Origin: an uncultured Clostridia bacterium
Lineage (GTDB): Bacteria > Bacillota > Clostridia > TANB77 > CAG-508
Direction: 5' to 3'
DNA length: 56,120 bases
NCBI GenBank assembly: GCA_963558405.1
Contig: CAUWGC010000013.1
Span: 1 to 56,120, forward strand
The translations under genes and the position numbers were made by a program. How positions within the stretch are numbered: the first letter of the stretch is position 1; every line of letters begins with the position of its first letter. The notes beneath the pieces were generated by a model that saw nothing but the letters and a program-made list of their open reading frames with translations, had not been told where the DNA came from and ran no database searches. Below, one piece after another: positions 40,810 to 51,689 of this stretch.

Positions 40810-41157
40810 TCATTCCTCCATAACCTTTTTTAATTTCTTTAAGGCTCTAGTTCGCCTTTTCTTTAAAGTTTCTATATTTTCATTTGTTATTTCAGATATT
40901 TCCTTATAACTTAGTCCCTGTGTATATAATAGGTTTAATAATTTAATTTCAGTATCATTTAAAACTCCTATAATTGATATATCTTCATTTATAACATCTT
41001 TTGAATTTGGACATTCAATTTCTTCTAGTTCAACCTCATAATCTCTCATTCTCTCATAATCTCTAAAATAATTTAATCTCATGTGATAAAGTGCTTTTTG
41101 CATATAATTTATAAATTTTGCAAGTACAACATCATCTTCTAATTCTTCATTAGACAT
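40810..41157 (-). CDS. Sigma-70 region 4 (HTH) domain protein, ICE-type
   Basis: LLY.QGLSYKEIS......TLKKRRTRALKKLK. Confidence 0.75.
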   Translation of the reverse strand: MSNEELEDDVVLAKFINYMQKALYHMRLNYFRDYERMRDYEVELEEIECPNSKDVINEDISIIGVLNDTEIKLLNLLYTQGLSYKEISEITNENIETLKKRRTRALKKLKKVMEE

Positions 41158-41913
41158 AAAAAAAACCTCCTATTCACTCAAATTTCAGTTAATTCAAGTA
41201 ATAGGAGGTCCTCTACATTTAGGAGCTAAAAACACAAAATGAGCAGAAAAGTCTATAAAATCTTTTCTACTCACTTTGAAATATGCAATTATATTGAAAT
41301 CAATCAAGACAATTCTCAAATCTACACACCTCTTAATGCGTAGATTTTTAGAACATAAACATTTCTATAAAGCTACGCCAAAAAATCTCTCATAAAAATT
41401 TTTTCCTTCAGCATGTTTATGCTTAATAAGTACATAGAATGGAATTGTCTTATATAAAAACAAAAAAGCACACAATTAACCCTTAAAAGTTAGTGTATGC
41501 TTTCTAAATTATTTTTATATAATAAATAAAAATCCATCTTATCCCTCCCTGATTTTTAAAAAACATCATTGGTAATCTGATGGATTTCTCTTTCGTTTTT
41601 AATTTCATCGACATAGTACCACATTTTTTGACACAAAAACTAAATAGTTTATGAAATGCCTAAATTTATATACAAAAAGTCATTTTTTTTATTTTAGTAT
41701 ATGAAATATGCTATTTCATATAATGATTATAACTATCAAAATATGCTTTTTTCCGATATTTTCTGGTAATTTCAATAAAAATATATCATATTTCTATCGC
41801 AAAATTTGTCGAATTGTGCAAATATACAAATATTTTCTGTTCGCAATAGTCTATTTTCCCTAGAATTATTATATTTGCCCTAGTAAGTGGAATAATTATA
41901 TAGGGGGAAAAAA

Positions 41914-42354
41914 ATGATAATTAAAAACTTTAAAAATAGTAGAGAAAATATTGATATAAAACAAAAAGATATTGCAGAGTTCTTTAATTTGAACTTTACT
42001 ACAATATCTGGTTGGGAAACTGGAAAAGATACTATCCCATTAAGAAGATTAATTGAATATGCTAATCATTATAACTTCAGTCTTGATTACTTGTTTGGTA
42101 TAACAAATAAAAATGATGAATCATATTTGCCATTAAAAATAGATATAGATTTAATATCAAAAAATCTTCGCATACTTCGTAAAAGAAATTCTATGACACA
42201 AGAAGAAGTTGCAAAGAAAATCAATACATCACAAGCAAATTATGCACACTATGAAAATTCTAAAAACTTAATACCTACAACATTTTTGTATAGTTTAACA
42301 CTTGTCTATAAACCTTTTTCAATAGATAAGTTATTAGGTAGAAAAAAGCAATAG
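41914..42354 (+). CDS. XRE-family regulator with two HTH domains
   Basis: QKDIAE...ISGWETG...SLDYLFG and TQEEVAK...YAHYEN repeats. Confidence 0.85.
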   Translation: MIIKNFKNSRENIDIKQKDIAEFFNLNFTTISGWETGKDTIPLRRLIEYANHYNFSLDYLFGITNKNDESYLPLKIDIDLISKNLRILRKRNSMTQEEVAKKINTSQANYAHYENSKNLIPTTFLYSLTLVYKPFSIDKLLGRKKQ

Positions 42355-42357
42355 GTC

Positions 42358-43035
42358 TTATGCTGACTTATTGCTTTCTATTTTTGTAAATTCTAAATCT
42401 TTAAATAATTTTGGTAATGTTTCCATCACTTTATCTTGTGTTAAGAGTTTTTCCATATATTCATTAAATCCATAACCATTAACAAACATATCTCTTTTTC
42501 CTTTTGAAACAGTTAAAACAATAACAGGAATATTAAAGTTGTCTATTTCTCTTAATCTCATAAGAGTTTCTGGTCCATCACAATGACCAGAATCATAAAT
42601 ATTATTACTTATTATCAAATCATATTTTTCATTATTTTTAATTCTTTCAATTATTTCAATACCTGAATTAGCAATAGTTACATTTAATCCCACACTTTCT
42701 AATACAGATGTTGTATTAGATGCAGAAGCTCTATTATAATCTCCTACTAATATTCTCAATTCTTTATTTGAGCTATATTTAGTTTTTGTATCAACTATTG
42801 AAGATATATTTTTCCTAACCTCATTTTCCCATTCTCCTATTTTCATTGCAGGCTGTTCAATATAATTAAATTCTCCGTATTCTTCCTTTATTGCTCTAAT
42901 TTTTTTACTAAATCTATCTGGATCTTCTTCAATTTTATTATTTTCTTTTGTAGTTTCTTTATTTTCTTTTATTCCAAAATAAATAACTATTCCAATTAAA
43001 ATAACCATAAATACTAACATAAATATTTGCTCCAT
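42358..43035 (-). CDS. Membrane-anchored receiver-domain protein (atypical)
   Basis: N-terminal TM; ILVGD, YDLIISN, DGPETL, IPVIVLT and YMEK align to a CheY-like fold, with Asn in place of the phospho-acceptor Asp. Confidence 0.7.
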   Translation of the reverse strand: MEQIFMLVFMVILIGIVIYFGIKENKETTKENNKIEEDPDRFSKKIRAIKEEYGEFNYIEQPAMKIGEWENEVRKNISSIVDTKTKYSSNKELRILVGDYNRASASNTTSVLESVGLNVTIANSGIEIIERIKNNEKYDLIISNNIYDSGHCDGPETLMRLREIDNFNIPVIVLTVSKGKRDMFVNGYGFNEYMEKLLTQDKVMETLPKLFKDLEFTKIESNKSA

Positions 43036-43234
43036 TATATTTCCTCCTTATAGTATGCTATTTTCCCAAGTTGTTTTTAATAAAAAAACAGCACCTCCTC
43101 TAATCAATATGTACTGCTTTTCTTCTGTAATAATTGCATATTAACAATTATACCATTTTAAGCAATTTAAGTCAACGGATATCCGTGCATATTTTCTTGC
43201 CTTTTCTTGTAAAATATTATGAGAAAGTGAGGGA

Positions 43235-43474
43235 TTGAAAATGCTATTTAAAAAGGCTTTAAGTCAAAGAATTGAAGAATTATGTGCTGATAGAAAAATA
43301 ACAATAAATAAGTTAGCTGAAAGTTCCACTATTCCTCCATCAACTTTAAGAGATATTGTTAATTGCAAAGTTGAAAATCCAAGTTCTATGGTAATATATC
43401 AAATTTGTAAAACATTAAAAATCTCATTAAAAGAATTTTACGATTCTAAACTATTCGAGGATATAGATGATTAA
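43235..43474 (+). CDS. XRE-family HTH regulator
   Basis: TINKLA...STL..IVN...NP....IC..L.ISL.EF pattern; followed by a hairpin at 43474-43503. Confidence 0.85.
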   Translation: MKMLFKKALSQRIEELCADRKITINKLAESSTIPPSTLRDIVNCKVENPSSMVIYQICKTLKISLKEFYDSKLFEDIDD

Positions 43475-43623
43475 AAGGTTGCCTGTTTCAAGACAACCTT
43501 TTAATTTACAAAAATATTATGAAAATTTTCCATAATTCATCTAAAAAATCTCTATTTTTACTTATATTATCATACTGGCAACTAACTATCTGCTCTATAA
43601 CTTGTAATTTAGCGAATAGTAAC

Positions 43624-45546
43624 TTAATTTTCTTTTTTATTAAACATATGGCGTACTTTATCTATTCGATTATTTGGTCTACGTGATTGAATAACTGGTT
43701 CACAAGTAGCAATTTGATAACCTTTTAATTCTGTCAAAAAAACTGCTTGCCCATTTGTATATAGAGTTAAAGTATTACGATATTCATTAATACAACGTGC
43801 AGGAATATGTCCTGTAAAAATAACTTCATCATTTTTTGATTGACTTGTTTCAATTATTGCACAATGTTTTTGTGCATCATTATATGCACGAGAAAAGTAT
43901 TCCTGTGGTGTAAAAAGTATAAACGAACAATATGGCTCTAATAATTGCGTTCCCGCTTTTTTCAATGTTTGTTCAAGTACAATTGGGGCAAGAAAGCGAA
44001 AATCCGAGGGAGTACTAACAGGGCTATAATAAACACCATATTCAAAACATATTTTACAATCTGTTACTTCCCAACCATACAAACCTTGCTCCAGTCCATA
44101 ATTAATACCTTCTCTTACTGCATTTTGGAAACTTTGATTTAAATAACCGAGTGAAACTTTGCTTTCGTACTGTATTCCACTGCCAATTGGAAGTGGAGTT
44201 ATTGATAATCCAATTGATGCCCAAAATGGATTTGGTGGTACTTCAATATGAATAGTATAATCTGCCTTTTGTAATGGTTTTTCCAAATAAATTACGGTTG
44301 GATCTTCGATTCTTATGTTTATGTGATATTTTTCAATCAACAGAGAACAGATAACTTCTAACTGCACTGTTCCTAAAAAAGAAATGATGATTTCATGTGT
44401 TATCGTATCAACATAATAACGTAAAAGAGGATCAGTATCTGCAATTTCTGTAAGAGCATCCAATAATTTTTCTCTCTCTTCTATTTTTATCGGTTCAATT
44501 CTTGTTCGTAGTATTGGTACAGTCTTGTCATTCCATACATTGCATGGCAAAAGCTTTTCATTTCCTATAATATCGTTCAATCTTAATGTATTGTTAGGTA
44601 TAATAAAAATATCTCCAGAACAAACTGTTTTTGTCTGTATCATTTCTCCATTTGAAGGAATATATATTTCTGTAAGTTTCACTTTCTTTTTTTCTGGCAA
44701 TATAATTGTATCTCGTAAGTGTAATGTTCCACTGTAAAGACGCAAATAAACTAATCTTTGCTTATGGTCTGTATATTCAATTTTAAAAACCCTTCCACAT
44801 AGTTCTGAATCATTCTCATTCATTTCAGGACAAAAAAGATTTGAAATAGCTTCGATGAGTTGTTGAGTCCCTATATTATTTCTAGCACTTCCATGGTATA
44901 TAGGAAACAACGAACCTTTTTTAACACACCTATATTCTTCATACGTTAATTCTTGTATAGTCAATTTTTCTCCTGCAATATATTTTTCTAAAAGTTTATC
45001 ATTTTTGGAAATTACAGGATCCCAATCATCTAAATCAATAATATTTTTAATTGATATTTCTGGAGTTAATGTTACATTTTGCATAACAATAATATCATTT
45101 GAAAGTTTTTCTTTGATATTTTGATAAATATTATTTAAGTTAATTCCATCCTGATCTATTTTATTTATAAAAATAATTGTTGGTATATTCATTTTTTGAA
45201 GTGCATGGAATAGTATTCTGGTTTGTGCTTGTACACCATCTTTAGCAGAAATTACTAAAATAGCTCCATCAAGAACAGATAAGGAACGATACACTTCTGT
45301 TATAAAATCTGTATGTCCAGGAGTATCTACAATATTGATTTTGTAGTCATTCCAATTAAAAGAAGTAACTGCTGCCTGAATTGTGATTCCACGCTGACGT
45401 TCTAAAAACATAGTATCTGTCCTTGTTGTTCCCTTATCTACACTGCCTAATTCTAAAATCGCTCCACTTGTATAAAGCAGACTTTCCGTTAAAGTTGTCT
45501 TTCCTGCATCTACATGAGCAAGAATACCAATGTTGATTATTTTCAT
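43624..45546 (-). CDS. tet(44): Tetracycline ribosomal protection protein Tet(44)
   Basis: 640-aa EF-G-like GTPase ([24 protein letters not shown] loop). Recalled as near-identical to Tet(44), including the C-terminus RHMFNKKEN; needs BLAST confirmation. Confidence 0.9.
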   Translation of the reverse strand: MKIINIGILAHVDAGKTTLTESLLYTSGAILELGSVDKGTTRTDTMFLERQRGITIQAAVTSFNWNDYKINIVDTPGHTDFITEVYRSLSVLDGAILVISAKDGVQAQTRILFHALQKMNIPTIIFINKIDQDGINLNNIYQNIKEKLSNDIIVMQNVTLTPEISIKNIIDLDDWDPVISKNDKLLEKYIAGEKLTIQELTYEEYRCVKKGSLFPIYHGSARNNIGTQQLIEAISNLFCPEMNENDSELCGRVFKIEYTDHKQRLVYLRLYSGTLHLRDTIILPEKKKVKLTEIYIPSNGEMIQTKTVCSGDIFIIPNNTLRLNDIIGNEKLLPCNVWNDKTVPILRTRIEPIKIEEREKLLDALTEIADTDPLLRYYVDTITHEIIISFLGTVQLEVICSLLIEKYHINIRIEDPTVIYLEKPLQKADYTIHIEVPPNPFWASIGLSITPLPIGSGIQYESKVSLGYLNQSFQNAVREGINYGLEQGLYGWEVTDCKICFEYGVYYSPVSTPSDFRFLAPIVLEQTLKKAGTQLLEPYCSFILFTPQEYFSRAYNDAQKHCAIIETSQSKNDEVIFTGHIPARCINEYRNTLTLYTNGQAVFLTELKGYQIATCEPVIQSRRPNNRIDKVRHMFNKKEN

Positions 45547-45595
45547 TGAATTTCCCTCCCTACAAATTTATCTTTTAACTTAAAATCAATATTTG

Positions 45596-46123
45596 CTAAT
45601 TTTGTTCTTTTAAACTATTCTCAAAATCAATTATCCACTTTTCTAATGTTTCTACTAATGCTAATTGTTGTTTGAACATTTGTTTTCCAACATTAGGAAT
45701 ATGTTGTCTATGAGATTGTCTTTCATTTAGTAATTCTTTTAATTCTAATATCTTTGATTTTATATTAGAAACAAGAATCTTTTTTTGTTCATCATCTACT
45801 AAATCTAAATTCGTGATAATAATATTAAAATCCAAATATAGACTAACATCAGAATTTGAAATATCATTCATAAGTTTATTAAAATAATCATTACCTTTGT
45901 TAGTAATAGTATATACTGCTTTATCTGGCATATTTACCTCTTTCTCTTTATGGCTAACAATATATTCTTTTGATTCTAATTGTAATACTTTCTTATAAAT
46001 AGACTGTTCACTAATTCTTACCCATCTTGGTATATTACGATATTCTATATTTTTTTTAATATCATAAGCACTTTGTGATTTTTGTTTAATAAGTCCTAAT
46101 AATACCAAATCTATATTTGACAT
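45596..46123 (-). CDS. PadR family transcriptional regulator
   Basis: LLGLI...SAYDIKK...SIY...LE...PDKAVYTIT.KG. Confidence 0.9.
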   Translation of the reverse strand: MSNIDLVLLGLIKQKSQSAYDIKKNIEYRNIPRWVRISEQSIYKKVLQLESKEYIVSHKEKEVNMPDKAVYTITNKGNDYFNKLMNDISNSDVSLYLDFNIIITNLDLVDDEQKKILVSNIKSKILELKELLNERQSHRQHIPNVGKQMFKQQLALVETLEKWIIDFENSLKEQN

Positions 46124-46135
46124 AATCTCTACTCC

Positions 46136-46486
46136 TTACTTAATATAATCTGTAACGCCAAGTCTATTTCCAAATGGATCTTCAAACTCGACTGCATTAC
46201 CAGTTCCAATTTTAAAAGGCTCACTCAAAAATTTTATACCATTATTCAACATTTCTTTATAGAAGATTGCAACATCTTCTACTTCAAACCATATTGTAGG
46301 CTTTAAATTCTCAAATTTATTTTTGTCTTTTAAAATTATTGCAGGTTCTTCATTTCCAATATTATAAGCAACCATTCCCTTATCAGAAAAATCAAATTTC
46401 TTTTTTAACCCCAATATTTCCTCATAATATCTTTTTGCTTCTTCCATATTATCTACAGGAAGAAAATAGTTGTCATAATTTTTCAT
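46136..46486 (-). CDS. VOC/glyoxalase/bleomycin-resistance family protein
   Basis: V.NMEEAKRYY.EILG, IWFEVEDV and FEDPFGN motifs. Confidence 0.9.
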   Translation of the reverse strand: MKNYDNYFLPVDNMEEAKRYYEEILGLKKKFDFSDKGMVAYNIGNEEPAIILKDKNKFENLKPTIWFEVEDVAIFYKEMLNNGIKFLSEPFKIGTGNAVEFEDPFGNRLGVTDYIK

Positions 46487-46518
46487 ATATTTAAGCCCTT
46501 CTTTCTACTACAAACTAT

Positions 46519-46555
46519 ACTACTATATTTTATAGTAGTTATAATTAAATGTCAA
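46519..46555 (-). promoter_or_regulatory. SigA promoter with a palindromic operator (likely PadR site)
   Basis: TTGACA (46550-46555)-N17-TAAAAT (46527-46532), overlapped by ACTACTATA-N3-TATAGTAGT (46519-46539). Confidence 0.65.
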
Positions 46556-46793
46556 TAAATAATAAAAAAATAATTGCATTTAATTCGTTTATAATTCTTA
46601 TAAAAAATAGATTAGTTGCACTGAACTAATCTATTTGTATAACTGCTTGTCGTACAAAAAAGACTGTCATTACTGACAATCTTTTCGGTAAATTACTATA
46701 AATCAATAACTATAAAATTGTAAGTTGTCGAGATGATTATAACATAAAAGCAAGTAATCATCAAATCACTTGCTTAACTAATTTATTATATAA

Positions 46794-47027
46794 TTACTTT
46801 TGAAGAAGTCTTTTTATTTCTTCTTTTTTAGGTATTCTACCTTGTAAAACTACTTCATCATCAATTATAAGTGCTGGTGTTCTCATTACACCTAATGCCA
46901 TCATTTTTTGCATATCTCCTATAATTTCAATATTCACATTTATTCCTAATTCTTTTATTGTTTCCTCTGTAATAGCTTGTAATTTTCCTCCACTACAACA
47001 AGACATTTCTAAAACTTTGATATTCAT
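46794..47027 (-). CDS. Small thioredoxin-like protein of ars operons
   Basis: IKVL..CC...GVMRTPALIID..VV..GRIP. Confidence 0.8.
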   Translation of the reverse strand: MNIKVLEMSCCSGGKLQAITEETIKELGINVNIEIIGDMQKMMALGVMRTPALIIDDEVVLQGRIPKKEEIKRLLQK

Positions 47028-47048
47028 ATTAACCTTTCCTTTCTTTAA

Positions 47049-48080
47049 TTAAATTACTAAAAATGAAAATATATTAAATATATAACCAATGGCAATAATT
47101 CCAACTGCTATAATTCCTACAAAAATAGCAAGCAATTTAGGTTTCATTACATTTTTTAACATTACAATAGATGGTACTGATAAAGCTGTTACTCCCATCA
47201 TAAATGTTAATACAGTTCCTATTCCTGTTCCTTTTAATACTAATGCTTCTGCTATTGGTAATGTTCCGAATATATCTGCATACATTGGTATTCCTACAAC
47301 TGCTGCTAGAATTGGTGCAAATATATTTCCTTCTCCTAAAATTGTTTCGATGGCTGTTTGTGGAATCCAGTTATGAATAAATGTACCTATTCCAACTCCT
47401 AATAAAACATATTTCCATACATTTACAAAAATGTTTTTAACTTGTTCTTTTGCATATTGTAATCTTTCTTTTTTAGTAGGCTCTAAATCCTTGCTTTCTC
47501 CAACTTGTGTATCAAATACATATTTTTCAATGTATTTTTCTAGTTTTAATTTTCCAATTATTATTCCACCTACAACTGCCAATATTACACCCACAACAAC
47601 ATAAGCTATTGCTACTCTCCATCCAAACATAGATGCTAATAGTACGGTAGAAGCTAAATCAACAAATGGAGAAGAAATTAGAAAACTAAATGTAACTTCC
47701 ATAGGTAATCCAGCTTTTACAAAACTAATAAAAATCGGAATACTTGAACAACTACAAAATGGAGTTACTGTTCCTAATAATGCTCCTATTATAGCACCTT
47801 TAATTCCTTTTAATTTGCTCAATATTTGTTTTGTTTTTTCTGGTGTAAATTTGCTTTCTATATATGAAAACATAAAAATAAGTACACATAGTAAAGCCAT
47901 AATTTTTACAAAATCATACATAAAAAATTGTATGCTTCCTCCGATTTTTCCGATTGTACTTTCATCATTTATTGGTAATCTGAAAATATTATTTACTATC
48001 CAAGTAATTAAATCTGATAACCAAGTCATTTCTAAAAATACATCATTAAGCCAACTAAACACATTTTGAACATACTGCAT
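47049..48080 (-). CDS. ArsP/DUF318 family permease
   Basis: TPFCSCSSIP and GIPMY motifs; multiple TM helices. Confidence 0.9.
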   Translation of the reverse strand: MQYVQNVFSWLNDVFLEMTWLSDLITWIVNNIFRLPINDESTIGKIGGSIQFFMYDFVKIMALLCVLIFMFSYIESKFTPEKTKQILSKLKGIKGAIIGALLGTVTPFCSCSSIPIFISFVKAGLPMEVTFSFLISSPFVDLASTVLLASMFGWRVAIAYVVVGVILAVVGGIIIGKLKLEKYIEKYVFDTQVGESKDLEPTKKERLQYAKEQVKNIFVNVWKYVLLGVGIGTFIHNWIPQTAIETILGEGNIFAPILAAVVGIPMYADIFGTLPIAEALVLKGTGIGTVLTFMMGVTALSVPSIVMLKNVMKPKLLAIFVGIIAVGIIAIGYIFNIFSFLVI

Positions 48081-48164
48081 AAAAAACTCCTTTCTTATAT
48101 TGATATATTTATATCTATCTATATATTATTCTTAAATATTGCACCTTGTTACAGGTGCTAAATA

Positions 48165-48446
48165 TTATTTTGAAATATTATTAAAGAACTCTTTTATTTC
48201 TATAATTTTCTCATCATTTATTCTATAATGTATCCAGTTTGCTTCTTTTCTTTGAAGTAATATCCCAGTATCCGATAATACTTTTAAATGATGTGAAAGT
48301 GTAGGTTGTGAAATATTAAATTCATCTAATAAATTACAAGCACAGGTTTCTCCATTCTTATATAACAAATCCACAATTTTTATTCGGTTTGAATCTGATA
48401 ATGCTTTGAATATGTTTGACATTTCTTCATATTTTACTTGTTCCAT
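48165..48446 (-). CDS. arsR: ArsR/SmtB family repressor
   Basis: FKALSD.NR, ETCACNL, SQPTLSHHLKVL. Confidence 0.88.
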   Translation of the reverse strand: MEQVKYEEMSNIFKALSDSNRIKIVDLLYKNGETCACNLLDEFNISQPTLSHHLKVLSDTGILLQRKEANWIHYRINDEKIIEIKEFFNNISK

Positions 48447-48838
48447 AATCTACTCCTTAATAATACTATATAGACAAATATCTATATAGTATTATATTCA
48501 GTATATTGATATTTGTCAATATACTTTATTAAAATTTTAAAAATTATTTTTGAGAGTGAAAGATAAATTACTATTTTTACATTTCATATTATATAATAAA
48601 GAGGTGATAATTTCAACTAACTATCAGCCCCACTTATTGCTATTTCTCGTACAAATTGCTTTTACCTCTTCCAAGTTGCATTTAACTTTTCAGTTGACGA
48701 TTAATAAATTTCATTTCAACTAAAGTTTCCTTTATAAGTAATGTAGCAATGATTACATTAAGTATTGTAATTTGAGCAACTCATAATGAAAACGCCATTT
48801 TTTTCGCTTCTATAGATAATTCTATTAATTCTTTCTAC

Positions 48839-51040
48839 TTACTTTTTCTTTAACCTTAATGTATTTAATATCACAGTTATGCTACTAAATACCATAGCTA
48901 AACTTGCAACCATTGGGCTAATCGATATTCCAATTGGTTTTAGTATTCCAATTGCAATTGGAATCATTAGAGCATTATAGAAAAATGCCCAAAATAGATT
49001 TTGTTTTATAATTCTTATTGTTTTTTTACTTATATCTATTAAATTCAAAATACTGTTTAAATCGTTTTTAGTTAAAATAACATCTGAAGAATCCATTGCT
49101 ATATCTGTTCCACTTTTTACACTAACACCAATATCTGCTATGGCAAGTGCAGGGCTATCATTTATTCCATCTCCACACATCATGACATAATTATTTTCCT
49201 GTTTTAGTTTTTTAATTATATTTGTCTTTTCATTTGGCAATACATTTGCAATTACTTCAGTTATTTCTATATCTTTTGCAATTTTTTCTGCCGTCTCCTT
49301 GTTATCTCCTGTTAGCATAATTGTATCAATATTTTTGCTATTTAGTTCATTTATTACTTGCCTGCTGTTTTCTCTTACAATATCATTCACTCCAATTAAA
49401 GCTATTATTTTCTCATTTTGAACAACATAAACAATACTATTTCCTTTGGCTGCCAATTCTTTTTCATCTTTTTCATATATATTTTTTATCTTATAGCTTT
49501 CTAGTATTTTAGAATTTCCTATAATAAATTTTTGTTCATCTATTCTACCTATAATTCCAAATCCACTTACATTTCCAAATTCTTTTACTTGTAATGTTAC
49601 TAATTTATTATCTTTTAAATAATCTGTAAATGCTTTTCCTATAGGATGTGTAGATTTACTTTCTATTGATCCAACTAAATGTAGTAGTTTTTGATTACTC
49701 ATATTACTATAGTTTTTTATTTCAGCAATTTTTAATGTTCCATAAGTTAGTGTTCCTGTTTTATCGAAAACTATTGTGTTTACTTTTTGTGCATTTTCTA
49801 ATATTTCGCTTTTTTTAATTAAAATTCCATTGCTTGCACATTTTCCTTCTGATACTACTATTGCAAGTGGTGTTGCTAATCCTAAACTACAAGGACAAGC
49901 TACTACTAATACAGTTACAAATGTTATTAATGCATTTTCAAATCCATACCCTAAAATTAAATAAATAATAAATGTTAATATACTAATAGCAATAACTATT
50001 GGTACAAAATATCCAGAAACTGTGTCTGCAATTTTTGCAATAGGAGCTTTTGTATTACTTGCTTCTACAACTAATTTTACTATTTCTGATATAGCTGACT
50101 CTTTGCCTATCTTTTCTGCTTTATATTCTATATATCCATCATAATTTATGCTTCCTGCAATTACTTTGTTACCAACACTTTTGGTTATAGGCTTACTTTC
50201 TCCTGTGATAAAAGATTCATCTAAATGAGTTTTTCCATCTATAATTTCTCCATCTACTGAAATTCTTTCTCCTGGCTTACTTATTACTATATCTCCTTTA
50301 TGTACCTCATCTATTGTAACTATTTTTTCTTTTCCATTTACTTTTATTGTTGCACTTTCTGGGGTTATTTTCACTAATTTTTGTATAGCTTCTTTTGTTT
50401 TGTCTTTACTAATTCCATCTACATATCTTCCAAGTTTTATAAAGTAAATTACCATTACAACTGATTCAAAATATAAATGATGGATAGCTTCATTATTTCC
50501 TCTAAAAAGTAAGATTATATTATATAAACTATAAAGAAAACTACTAATTACTCCAATTCCAACTAATGTATCCATATTTGCAGTTCTATGTATTAAATTT
50601 TTATATCCATTTTTTAATATGTCAAATCCATAAATCATAAAAATTATTGCAAATACAAGTAAACATATTGTATATCCAATAGGATTTTGATTTACATCAA
50701 TTATGCTTAATGTTGGTAAATGAATCATGTGTCCCATTGCAATATACATTAAAATTATTGCAAGTATTGTGAACATAATAAATTTAATCTTTTCTTTTTT
50801 ATTTTTTCCTTCGATTTTTATTTCTTTAAATTCTCCTAAACTTTTAAAACCTGCTTTTCGTACAAATTCGTTAAGATTATCAATATTTAAAATTTTTTCA
50901 TCATACTCAATACTTGCATTTGCCATTACAAGATTAACGGCTGCTGATTTTATTCCTTCTTGTTTGTTTAAGTATTTTTCTAATCCATTAGAACAAGCAC
51001 TGCAAGTCATTCCCTCTATTGACAATACTACTTTTTTCAT
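48839..51040 (-). CDS. copA: Copper-translocating P1B-type ATPase
   Basis: GMTCSAC, CPC, DKTGT, HP, GDGIND, YN and MxxSS. Confidence 0.93.
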   Translation of the reverse strand: MKKVVLSIEGMTCSACSNGLEKYLNKQEGIKSAAVNLVMANASIEYDEKILNIDNLNEFVRKAGFKSLGEFKEIKIEGKNKKEKIKFIMFTILAIILMYIAMGHMIHLPTLSIIDVNQNPIGYTICLLVFAIIFMIYGFDILKNGYKNLIHRTANMDTLVGIGVISSFLYSLYNIILLFRGNNEAIHHLYFESVVMVIYFIKLGRYVDGISKDKTKEAIQKLVKITPESATIKVNGKEKIVTIDEVHKGDIVISKPGERISVDGEIIDGKTHLDESFITGESKPITKSVGNKVIAGSINYDGYIEYKAEKIGKESAISEIVKLVVEASNTKAPIAKIADTVSGYFVPIVIAISILTFIIYLILGYGFENALITFVTVLVVACPCSLGLATPLAIVVSEGKCASNGILIKKSEILENAQKVNTIVFDKTGTLTYGTLKIAEIKNYSNMSNQKLLHLVGSIESKSTHPIGKAFTDYLKDNKLVTLQVKEFGNVSGFGIIGRIDEQKFIIGNSKILESYKIKNIYEKDEKELAAKGNSIVYVVQNEKIIALIGVNDIVRENSRQVINELNSKNIDTIMLTGDNKETAEKIAKDIEITEVIANVLPNEKTNIIKKLKQENNYVMMCGDGINDSPALAIADIGVSVKSGTDIAMDSSDVILTKNDLNSILNLIDISKKTIRIIKQNLFWAFFYNALMIPIAIGILKPIGISISPMVASLAMVFSSITVILNTLRLKKK

Positions 51041-51042
51041 AA

Positions 51043-51255
51043 TTAATTTTCCTTTACTACTTCAAATCCAATATCTTCTATTGTATCTTCCATAGCCTTT
51101 CTTTCTATATTTTCATTTGCAAGTATTTTTACTATTCCTGTTTTATAATCAGCCTCTACTTTTTCTACACCTTTAATTTCTTCTAAAGCATTTTTAATTC
51201 TATTTTCACATCCCCCACATACCATACCTTTTACATTTATAATTGTTTCTCTCAT
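51043..51255 (-). CDS. copZ: Copper chaperone (HMA domain)
   Basis: GMVCGGC. Start at ATG 51255 from the AGGAGG RBS. Confidence 0.85.
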   Translation of the reverse strand: MRETIINVKGMVCGGCENRIKNALEEIKGVEKVEADYKTGIVKILANENIERKAMEDTIEDIGFEVVKEN

Positions 51256-51270
51256 TTTTAACACCTCCTA

Positions 51271-51558
51271 CTAATTATTAAATTTTTTAAATAAGTTTAT
51301 AAGTTCATCTATCACTTCCAAATCTCCATTTTCTAAATCTCTAGTTACACAGGTATATAAATGTTTCTCTAAAACGTGATTAGACAAACTTTTTACAGAA
51401 TTTTCAATAGCAGATAATTGAATAAGAACATCTCTGCAATATGCATCTTCACTTATCATTTTTTTGACACCTCTTAATTGTCCTTCTATTCTATTTATTC
51501 TGTTATTGATAATTTTCTTTTCTTCATCTGTTCTATATGTTTTTTTCTCCAATATCAT
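51271..51558 (-). CDS. csoR: CsoR family metal-sensing repressor
   Basis: RINRIEGQLRG, C.DVLIQ, H...C. True start is near 51552-51558; TACC...GGGTA operator-like tracts lie upstream. Confidence 0.88.
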   Translation of the reverse strand: MILEKKTYRTDEEKKIINNRINRIEGQLRGVKKMISEDAYCRDVLIQLSAIENSVKSLSNHVLEKHLYTCVTRDLENGDLEVIDELINLFKKFNN

Positions 51559-51689
51559 CACCACCTGATATATTATATACCTTATGTGGGTATGTTGTAA
51601 ATAGGGGGTATATAGTTTTTTATCTACTATTTTCAATGCTTTTAGCCTTTTACAAAAAAGAACTATCACTGTGATAGCTCTTTAAAAAT

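Noticed and set aside
48780-48836. Possible cytidine deaminase N-terminal remnant (KELIELSIEAKKMAFS, minus strand)
   Set aside because: It is only about 16 codons with no start or catalytic motif, too weak to call.
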